A stretch of DNA of 64,000 nt from Octopus sinensis (lineage: Eukaryota), in NCBI RefSeq assembly GCF_006345805.1, contig NC_043001.1, forward strand, positions 117,924,001 to 117,988,000, read 5' to 3'. The translations under genes were made by a program, and so were the position numbers. Within the stretch, counting starts at the first letter, position 1, and each line of letters begins with the position of its first letter. The notes under the pieces are model-generated. The model searched no databases. It had not been told where the DNA came from and saw only the letters and a program-made list of their open reading frames with translations. Shown one piece after another: positions 25,149 through 35,227 of the stretch.

Positions 25149-25714
25149 CACTTGCGTCGGAAATTAATTAGCACTTCTCAAATTTCTACATTTCTTACAT
25201 TTTCTTAATTTAATTAACTTATTATCAGAAACGAACTCGTTTTTAATCAAAAATTTATTAAAACATATCCCAGCACACCACATAATTGTTATTAATCGTG
25301 AAATTTAGTCAATATCTTGTTGCTCCTCCTTTGGCAGCAGTGACAGCTGCTACGCGGGTCGGCATGCTGTCTATGAGTGCCTGCAGGTACTGTGCAGGGA
25401 TGGCCCCTCATGCAGCAAGAAGTGCCACAAACAGCTCGTGTCGGTTCTTGTATTGCTGCACATTCAAATCCCTACCCAATCGACTCCAGAGGTTCTCAAT
25501 AGGGTTCAGGTCAGGTGACTGGCCAGCACGTACTCCTCGCCACCAAAGAGGTATCCCGTACTATCTCAACGTACTTTGCTGCGTTGATGTTGCCTTCGAC
25601 GGCATAGAGCCGCCCAACACCACTGTAGCTGAACGCCCCTCACACCATCAGACCACCCCCACCATGCTTCATGGTGAGCAAATCAAGGGTGCTAATTAAT
25701 TTCTGACGGTAGTG
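25149..25714 (-). mobile_element. Internally deleted Tc1 element with TIRs and TA target duplication
   Basis: TIR CAC(T/A)..CGTC(G/A)GAAATTAATTAGCAC at both ends; TA at 25147-48 and 25715-16; minus strand SPDLNPIENLW..LIDSMPTRVAAVTAAKGGATRY. Confidence 0.9.
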
Positions 25715-26296
25715 TATATACGAGCAAAACGCCCCCCGTCCAATGGACGGTGCTGAATCATATCTGCTGAATAAAAAGCAATCAGTGTTTTCTTTTCATT
25801 AAAAATAATTAAGCATGTCTTTATTTCAATAACATTTTGGGTTTTATTAAACGAAGTTAAGGTAAAGAAAAAGACTTCTTGAGAAACCAAATACTCTTTC
25901 CTTCCTTCATGCCAAGTTTGAAGAAAATATCTCCTTTGCATATTACTTTTTTGGTCTCTTAAATATACTGCATTTTTTGGCACTATTTCAAGCCAGCCGG
26001 CTTTTTTTTGCGCAAACTGCACGTGCATTTTTCTCGCGTACGCGTAGTATCGATCGCAACAGCTGATGTACTTACGCGCATAAATGCACGTTCCCACGGC
26101 TTTATCGATCGCATTCTCACATGGAATCGATTTTTGTATTTTTTTCAAGACTTATACACGCGCTGATACCGACGGTATTTACATATCAAATTTGAGCGCA
26201 ATCAGATGGAGGATGCCCGAGATCCTAGAAGACACACACACACAGACAGAACGAATTTTATACAATAGATGTGCATATATATATATAATAATATAA

Positions 26297-28275
26297 TGAA
26301 ATTATTGTATACAGTGCTCAGGTGCACCACAACTTGTCAGAAAGTGCATATAAAGTACATGCAGTAATGTAGAAATGTCTGGAAAGTGAACATGCTTGTA
26401 TGTGTATGGAGGGGAGAAAATCAAGTGTAGTGTTGGCGAATCTCAGGAAGCATGGAAGTCTTGAAGGATGCAGTGCTCCGACAACTAACAACCGATGCCG
26501 GCAGTTTGTTCCACGCTTCAGCAACTCTCAGCGTGAAAAAAATGTTTCCTGAAGTCATGGAAGCTGTGCTGTTTTCTTACTTTGTAAATATGTCCACGGG
26601 TGTTAGATGGGTGGAGTTTGAAGAGGTGCTCAGTGTTATTGTTTGTGCGATGGTTGATAATTTTATGGGTGTCTGCCAGGTCAGCTGCCAGACGTCGGAG
26701 TTTCAATGTGTCCATGCCCAGGGAAGTAAGGCGTTCAGGATATGGCAAATGCCTGATGGAAGGTATTCTTTTGGTTGCACGTCGCTGAACAGCTTCCAGA
26801 CGATTGATGTCCTGGGCAAGATAGGGGTTCCAGACCGGTGATGCAAATTCCAGGTGAGGTCTTACCATAGCTATATAAAGCCGCAGATAGATAGCCGGAG
26901 AGCGGCTCACAAAGGATTTGGTGAGTGATGCCAAGAGACCCTCAGCCTTCTTGACAATTTTGGCGATGTGTTTTGTCCAACGCAAATCATTGTCGACAAT
27001 AACGCCCAGGTCACGTTCACTTGAAGACTTTTTGAGACTAGTGTTGTAGAGGGAGTAGGTGAACGCTGGGTTTCTCCTCCCAAAATGCATGGAGGTACAT
27101 TTGTCCACAGCCAGCTTGAGTTGCCAGTCCATGATCCACTGCTGCATTGTGTCCAGTCTGCTTGCAATAGAGATCCATAGTGTATAGGATTTGACCTCTT
27201 TATTTCGAGGTACAGCTTGATGTCATCTGCATATTTCAGCACTGTGGCATTCTTTAAGTTGGCATCTATGTCATTAACATATGCAACAAATAAAAGGGGG
27301 CCAAGAACAGATCCCTGCGGCACACCAGATGTCATCTCATAGGGCGAAGAGTGCTGTCCTAGAACTGTGACAACCTCTTTTCGGCCGAAAATAAAGGACT
27401 TTAACCAGTTATAGAGTTCGTCTCTTACACCCAACGCAGAAAGCTTCACCATAAGTCTTTTGTGAGGCACAGAGTTAAAAGCCTTAGCAAAGTCCATGTA
27501 AACAACATCCACCCAGGATCCGCGATCAGTGATTTGGGTAACATCCTCAAGAAACTCGATGAGTTGATTACAGCAGCTGGAGTTAGGAATAAATCCGAAT
27601 TGTGACGGCTGGATGAGGCTGTGAGACTTCCAGAAGTTCCAGAGGGTTTCTCTGATACAGGATTTCATCAGTTTGGCGATGCAGCTGGTAAGACTGACGG
27701 GCGATAGTTGACAGGCGATGTGCGGTCGCCTTTTTTGAACAGAGGGATGACACTGGCAGTTTTCCACTGTTCTGGAGTAACACCATTGTCAAGACAGAAT
27801 TGGAAGAATAGAGAAAGTTGGCTTAGAAGAAAGTACCCACCGCGTTTGAGAAGTAGGTATGTAACACCATCGAGACCAGGAGAGGCATAGTTGCGTTTAT
27901 TCTTTAGGTGGCGTTGCAGCATTGCTGGTGTAAATTGCATAGAAGATATAGAGTCCGATGTAAGTGGTGATGATGATGGAACATTTTGGTCTTCGACAGT
28001 AAAGATGCCGGCATAGCATCCAGCAATGATTTCTGCACATTCTTCGGGATTGCCAGTAATCTGTCCTGTGTGGGGATTGCGAAGGGGACCAACAGGAGAG
28101 TGGGGTCTCTGCTTTGAGTGCACATACTTCCAGAACCCTTTGCTGTCAGGGTTAGCTGCAATGCGTTGTTCAAATTCAAGCACTGCCTTTTTTGTCACCT
28201 GCTTGAGGTGGTTGGCTGACCTATTGCGCTTTTTCCTGTTGCTCTCTGATTTGTGCAATTTGTATTCCCATTCAG
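26297..28275 (-). mobile_element. CR1/L2-group LINE family C (5'-truncated, frameshifted RT)
   Basis: SPGLDG, NYRP, QFGF, YMDFAKAFNSVPH, GVPQGSVLGPLLF, YADDIK and RPHLEFASPVWNP motifs. Confidence 0.9.
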
Positions 28276-28328
28276 CATTACATACATATACATGCATATG
28301 TATATATACATACAACTATACACACACA

Positions 28329-28414
<86 letters not shown>

Positions 28415-28701
28415 TCAAATGTATATACATGCATATTAATATATATATATACTTTGATACTTTGATACTTTGATAGGTTTCGGCCATTATTGGCCCAGGC
28501 CATGTCTAACTTAATAGCACCACCTGGTGAAGTCTTTCAAGTCAGAATTTGGGCACTATGGCCCACTCAAGTAGAGAGTTATTGTTTACAGAGACATATC
28601 CGGGTGTAGGGGGTTTATCCGGGATTTCTTGAAGGAATCTGTCCAAAGACTTCTTGAACCCTATAGGTTCAGTTTCTGTTTTAATGTGTTTTGGTGTAAT
28701 G

Positions 28702-31199
28702 TTAAAGAGAGCGGGGCCAATTGAGGTGAAATAATTGTGCCGTATTGTTGTTATGAGATGAGAGTGCGATTTTTGTTTTGGTGTTTATATGAGTGGCCCA
28801 GCTTATGTTGTTGTCCACAATTACTCCCAGGTCTCTGATGTTGTTGGACGCCGCGAGAGTTTCACCTGAAGAAAGGGAGTATGGGAGTTTCAGGGCATCC
28901 TCTTTTCCAAAGTGGATTAGCTCAAATTTATCCTCGTTCAGCAGCATATTGTTTTTTTCTGCCCATTGGATAACAGCCAGTAGATCTGACTGAAGGCATG
29001 TCCGGTCACTCGCCTCATTTATGACCTTCTGTAGCTTGGAGTCATCTGCAAAGATTTTTATGTTGCTGTGCTTGATGATGTCATTAATGTCATTAATGTA
29101 AATGATGAAAAGAAGTGGGCCCAGCACAGTGCCTTGCGGAACGCCACTACTGACTTTGGCTGGGCTTGATTTTACCCCTTCAACTACAACATGTTGAGAT
29201 CTGTCTGTCAGGAAACACTTGATCCATTTCAGTAACTTTCCAGAGACACCAATGTTGGATAGTTTTTTCAATGGGATCTTGTGATCGACCCTGTCGAAGG
29301 CCTTACTGAAATCAAGGTAGATGACATCGGTGTTGGAGCCCTCTCCCAAAGCTCTCAAAATGTCCTCAAAGTGATGCAGGAGCTGCGTTAGGCAGTCCCT
29401 TCCATTACGGAACCCATGTTGGTTGGAGATCAGCCGTCTGTTGCTTTCCAGAAATTGGGTTATTCGAGATCTCACCACCCTCTCAAATACCTTGATGATA
29501 TGAGAGGTGAGTGAGATCGGACGGTAATTCACTGCAAGGGACTTGTTTCCCTTTTTGAAAACTGGGACAACAGACTGGGACAGAAGGTTTTTTGGAATAT
29601 AGCCAGCATCCAGTGAGTTTCTCCACAGATTAGCAAGGGGAGATGCAAGTTGGTGTCGACACACCTTCAGGACACAAGCAGGGAACCTATCGGGGCCTAC
29701 TGCTGAATTGTGTTTTATTTCGTTTATCGCCGCTAAGACATCAGGGGCACTAAACGTTATGTCCGATATAGTGTGTTGGGGGTTGACATCACTGATACAG
29801 CCCAGATCGGCCATATCAGGATTGCTGAAAACAGAGCAGTATTGTTTCTGCAGTATCTCGGCCATGGATTTGGCATTATCTTGGAGAGTGCCAGTTTCGT
29901 CAATTAGAGGGCCTATAGTGGAGACAGTGATCCTGCGTTTCCTCGCAAATGAAAAGAACACTTTGGGGTTGAGTTTGATTTTTTCAATGGCCCACTTCTC
30001 CTCAGCTGATCTTTGGTTATTGATGAGGGTCTTCATGCATTGTTGGATGTTATATTTTTTGGATTCAAGCAGTGCGATAGCCGTCGAATGTGTGTGTTGC
30101 TGTTGGCAGTACTTTAGTTTGTTAATTTTTTTGTTTGTTCTTTTTATTTTTCTGATAATGGCTTTTCTGTTTTGGGGGATTCTGCACTTTTTGTTCACAG
30201 GTCTTGGTGGGGAGTGTTTTGCACATATGTCTGTGACGGTGTCTACAAAGATCTGCCAAGATGTTTTATGGTTGGTGGAGATGTGTGTATGTGTAAAGGA
30301 CCAGTCAACATGTGATAGCTCGTTCCTGATTGCATCCCAGTTGGCATTATGGAGATCCATGTTGTCAAATGGGTGGGCTGGAGGAAGGTCACTAGGATTA
30401 GCTTTCGGCTGGTGGAATTCATGTTACAGAGAACCATGTCATGGTCTGAAAGAAGGGTTTTTTCCACTGTAACGTTATGTATAGTGTTAGTGTGGTTACT
30501 AAACACTAGGTCCAAAATGTTCTGATGTCTTGTTGGTGCAAGGACAAGTTGGGACAAGAAAAACTCATTCGTAAAGTCGAAAAGTGACTCTGCTGCTTCT
30601 TTGTCAGCGGTTGAGGCGGGAGTGCTTGGTTTCAAACAGTTTGTAGTCCAGTCAACACAGGGTAGATTGAAGTCTCCCATCATGAGTATGTTGCTAGAAT
30701 GGCACTGTTGAATAAAGCACTTAATGCTGTTGAGGCATTCTTTAAAGCACAGTATGGGTGTTTGGGGCGGCCTATAGAGCCCAATTACTGTCAGGTCATT
30801 GGCTTTGTTGTGCACGGTGACTGATTCACAGTAGCCGTTGGAGAATATACTATTTCCATCTGCCGTAAATGAATCATGCAGGAAAATGGCAGTTCCACCC
30901 TTCCTCCTGCCGATACGATCCGCGCGGATGGTTGTGAAATTCTTCACTCTCACTTCGGCTTCCAAGTGGGAGTTGTCAAGGTGGGTCTCAGTGAGAATGA
31001 AGAAAGGGATGTGGTGTGAATGGTTACCAACCCAGTCTTCAATTAATTGGACCTTCCATTTTTGTGCATTGATGGAAGGGCTGACACCTTGTGCATTGAG
31101 TAGGAATGTGGAGGTTAGTGTAGTGGCTGGTTTTGACTGTTGCAGGGGGCTTGGATTTTTTGTGTGTGTTAGTGGCAGCAATGTGGGGAATTGGTGCAC
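28702..31199 (-). pseudogene. LINE ORF2 (APE endonuclease + reverse transcriptase), frameshifted
   Basis: LLNAQG, LTETHL, RADR..GG, YRPP, MGDFNLP, LDLVFSN; QHGFR, YLDFSKAFDRVDH, GVPQGTVLGPLLF, FADDSK. Confidence 0.9.
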
Positions 31200-32398
31200 T
31201 GGGGTAATAGCATAGGATGGTGTTGAGTGATGGTTAGAATGTTTTTGTGTATCTCTTTTGCCATGTTCAACATGGCTAAAAAAGAATTTTCCTGCTTAGG
31301 GAGCAGTTTTTGGCTGGAGGTGTGGTTGCACTGTTGGATAGGGTTGTAGTTTCCACTTTTGTTGTTGTTGTTTTTGTGTCTTCCTGAAAAGACTGGACCA
31401 GCATTACTGCAGCATGGTGTGTTTCTATTTTTATTTTTATTCAGGTTTGTGTGTTGGCTTGAAGCCCCGTTTCTGTTTGTGCGTCGGGTCCCTGGAAGAT
31501 GAGTGAAGGGACAGTCACTCAGCAGACATGTTCTCTCATGTTGGGAATACCGGCAGATTTTGGGACTCCGAGTTGTGTGTGTTTTGAATTTCGATTTACT
31601 ATTTGGTGGTGTTGATGTTATTGTGGGATGCGTGCTTTGGCCTTGGCCGGTAGTGCGTCTAGTGCCGGGTAGATGCGTGAAGATGCAGTCACTATTTGTG
31701 CAGAGTCTCTGGCGCAGTGAATAGCGGCATATTTGGGGATTTCTTGTTTGTGCCGTAGGGGGCGCATTCTGCTTCCTATGTTTCTTTAAGTTTTTGTTAC
31801 TGCAGTAGTATTGAGGTGGTGATGTGGGGGAAGAGGGCAGTGGTTTCTTATTTGGTTTTCTGTTGGTATTTTTGGTGATAGAAGACGATGGTGGCAGCGG
31901 TGGTGATGATGATGATGATAATTGTGGTGGTTGCCGTGAGAGCGGTGAAAAGATACTGGCATTTAGTGAATCATCTAGTAAGCTAGAGTTGAGGAGTGGC
32001 TGTTGTTGTTCTTGTTGCTGTGGCTGTTGTCGTTGTTGTTGTGCTTGACCGATGTTAGGGTCAGCCATTGTGCTGGGAACCAGGAGTGGCTCATTCTGTT
32101 GTTGTTGTTGTTGTGGCTGCTGATTTTCTAGCTGTTGCTGTTCTTGAACTGTGAAAATATGAAGAAGCTTTTCATAATGGCCTTTTGTCAGTTTGAAAGA
32201 TACTTCGATATGTTTCAGTTTGCTATGAATCTGTTTGACGGATCGTGTGTTGACCACTTGTGATGTTTTTTCGGCAATCTCATTCAAACACAAGACATTT
32301 AGATTTTCTGTTTGGGAAAGAGAGAGCCATGTGTTTATTAAAACATCAATTTCGTTATCAGACCAATTTCGTCTGTTGCAGGCCTGCAAGATAGTCAT
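31169..32398 (-). CDS. LINE ORF1 protein: Myb/SANT(trihelix)-like N-terminus, Q/S/P-rich linker, two C-x8-C-x4-C-x3-H zinc fingers
   Basis: RRNWSDNEIDVLINTW..IAEK..RSVKQIHSKLKHI; CRYSLRQRLCTNSDCIFTH and CRYSQHERTCLLSDCPFTH; open 409-aa frame directly upstream of the EN ORF. Confidence 0.75.
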   Translation of the reverse strand: MTILQACNRRNWSDNEIDVLINTWLSLSQTENLNVLCLNEIAEKTSQVVNTRSVKQIHSKLKHIEVSFKLTKGHYEKLLHIFTVQEQQQLENQQPQQQQQQNEPLLVPSTMADPNIGQAQQQRQQPQQQEQQQPLLNSSLLDDSLNASIFSPLSRQPPQLSSSSSPPLPPSSSITKNTNRKPNKKPLPSSPTSPPQYYCSNKNLKKHRKQNAPPTAQTRNPQICRYSLRQRLCTNSDCIFTHLPGTRRTTGQGQSTHPTITSTPPNSKSKFKTHTTRSPKICRYSQHERTCLLSDCPFTHLPGTRRTNRNGASSQHTNLNKNKNRNTPCCSNAGPVFSGRHKNNNNKSGNYNPIQQCNHTSSQKLLPKQENSFLAMLNMAKEIHKNILTITQHHPMLLPQCTNSPHCCH

Positions 32399-32817
32399 GT
32401 TTGTTTTTCTTTTGTTTGTTTTCCTTTTGATTTTTGAAAATATATATATTCTTTCTTGGGAGTTAAAGAAGTGTATATATATATAAATGTTCTCTCTTAA
32501 GGGTGTGAGTTTTTGATTATTTGGTTGTTTGAGGATATTAAAAAAAAAACAGGTGTATATAACAATTTGTAGTTAAATGAAAACGTACTTACGGGTTTGT
32601 AGGCAAACACGTGGTTACAAATATATATATATTTAAGGTCAGTTAGGTTTTGAAACTGTGTAGCTTGCTACTGACTTGGGAGAGAAACAAATAGACGTCC
32701 GTCCACTTCAACAGTTAATCCAACTATATATATATATATATATATACATACATACATACATATATGTACATACATATATATACATGTATATGCATATGTA
32801 TGTGTGTGTATATATAA

Positions 32818-32865
<48 letters not shown>

Positions 32866-32960
32866 TATATATACATACATCTGTATACATATTTACACAT
32901 GTATATATACATATATAAACATGTATATACATATATACATGTAAATATATATATATATAT

Positions 32961-35227
32961 TCTCGGGGTTGACTGGTCTACAAACAGTCTGCCGCCAGGT
33001 TCTTCTCTCTCAACCCCTGACAGGGAGGCAGTGGAATCGCTTCTTGACTTCATGGATGACTTCTTCTTGTCCCAACTGGTACTCGAACCAACGAGATGTC
33101 ACAAAAACGTCTTCAGCAATCACACTGATACTATCCACAATATTGCAGTGGAGAAAACCCTACTCTCCGACCATGACATGGTTCTCTGTGATCTGAGATT
33201 TCACTGGCCAAAATGCAAAACAAATGTCATCCCTCCTGTTCATCCATTTGACACTATAGATTTCCACAATGCAAACTGGGAAGCGATCAATAATGATCTT
33301 GCACAAGTCGATTGGTCCTTCACGCACACATACACACCCACTAACATCAAAAAGTCCTGGCAGTCACTTGTAGACACCATCACGAATATATGTGCAAGAC
33401 ACACCCCATTAAGATCTGCAAACAAATCTAAGTGTCGAATCCCTAGAAATAGAAAATCTCTCATAAGGAAAATTAAAAGAATCAACAAAAAGATCAACAT
33501 GCTGAAATACTGTCAACAGCAACACACCAACCTGACTGCCATCTCGTCGCTAGAGATTAAAAAACATAAACTCCAAAACAACGTGATGTCTATCATCAAT
33601 AGTCAGCGAAGAGCTGAAGAGGCCTGGGCCATTGAGAAGATCAAACTCAATCCCAAAGTGTTCTTTTCATTTGCAAAAAACACAGAGTCACTGGTTCTAC
33701 TGTTGGCCCTCTGATTGATGAAAATGGTACTCTTCAAGACAATGCCAAAACCATGGGAGAGATATTGCAGAAACAATATTGCTCTGTTTTCAGCAATCCT
33801 GATATGACTGATCTGGGCTGTATCAGCGATGTTACTCCCCAATACACTTTATCGGACATAACATTTGGCGCTCCTGATGTCTTAGCAGCAATAAAGGAAA
33901 TGAAGCATAATTCAGCAGTAGGTCCCGATAGGTTCCCTGCTTGTGTCTTGAAGATGTGTCAAAACCAACTTGCACCCCCTCTAGCCAATCTGTGGCGGAA
34001 CTCACTGGATGCTGGATATATACCAGAAGACCTTCTATCCCAGTCTGTTGTCCCAGTTTTCAAAAAAGGAAACAAATCGCTTGCCGTGAATTACCGTCCA
34101 ATCTCACTCACCTCTCATATCATCAAGGTATTTGAGAGGGTGCTGAGATCGCGTATGACTCACTTCCTTGAGAGTCATAATATGCTGAACCCCAACCAGC
34201 ATGGATTCCGTAATGGGAGAGATTGCCTGACGCAGCTACTGCATCATTTTGATGACATTTTGAGAGCCTTGGGAGAAGGTTCCAACACTGATGTCATCTA
34301 CCTTGATTTCAGCAAGGCCTTTGACAGGGTTGATCATAAGATCCTTCTGAGAAAGCTGTCCAATATTGGTGTCACTGGAAAGCTGCTGCAGTGGATCAAG
34401 TGCTTCCTGTCTAACAGAACCCAACATGTTGTAGTCGAAGGAGTCAAATCCAGCCCAGCCAAAGTCAGCAGTGGTGTCCCACAAGGCACTGTGTTGGGCC
34501 CACTTCTCTTCATCATCTACATAAATGATATTACTTACACCATCAAACACAGTAACATCAGAACCTTCGCTGATGATTCCAAGCTCCAGAAGGTCATCAA
34601 TGGCGTGGATGACCGAATAAACCTTCAGTCAGACCTACTGGCCGTTGTCCAATGGGCGGAAAAGAATAACATGTTGCTAAATGAAGACAAATTCGAACTG
34701 ATCCACTTTGGAAGGGAGGACGCTCTGAAACTCCCATACTCTCTTCCTTCTGGAGAAATTCTCATGGCATCCAACAACATCAGAGACCTGGGAGTAACAG
34801 TGGACAACAACATAAGCTGGGCTACACATATAAGCAGCAAAGTTGACATGGCCCGCAGAATGTGTTCCTGGATTCTCAGACCCTTCCAGTCGAGAGATTC
34901 CCACGCTATTATCCTTCTCTTCTCCACTTTTGCCCGACCCCACCTTGAATACTGCTGTCCACTGTGGTCTCCCTACACAAAACAAAATATTATGAGAATT
35001 GAAGCTCCCCAAAGGTCAATCACAAAAGAGATAGATGGCATGTCAGACCTTGACTACTGGGGTAGACTAGAGAAGCTGAAATTGTATTCACTCCAACGAC
35101 GCCGTGAACGCTACATTATCTGTATGATGTGGAAAATATTCCATCAGCACTGTCCGAATGATGTTGGCATCACCTTCAAAATGCATCCAAGGCTTGGACC
35201 ACGTGCCATCCGTCCACAACAAAAATC
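32961..35227 (+). mobile_element. Second family B copy (5'- and 3'-truncated), opposite orientation to 28450-32620
   Basis: Protein closely parallels the minus-strand copy (HNANW, EEAWAIEKIKLNPKVFFSFA, AVGPDRFPACVLK, YLDFSKAFDRVDHK); breaks off after RPQQKS. Confidence 0.9.

Larger units (their letters stand above)
28450..32620 (-). mobile_element. Near full-length CR1-type LINE family B (ORF1 + ORF2; one frameshift near 30418; internal deletion near 28780)
   Basis: ORF1 31169-32398; EN ORF 30243-31199; RT ORF 28702-30360; RT C-terminus resumes below 28780; 8-bp (ATCAAAGT)x3 3' tail at ~28452-28474. Confidence 0.92.

Noticed and set aside
25696-26148. 150-aa minus-strand ORF beside the Tc1 element
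   Set aside because: No recognisable motif; AT-rich, probably a chance ORF in an unidentified repeat.
29708-30472. 254-aa plus-strand ORF and other antisense ORFs over LINEs (8774, 22781, 30838, 35684, 36548)
   Set aside because: Shadow frames antisense to RT/EN coding sequence.
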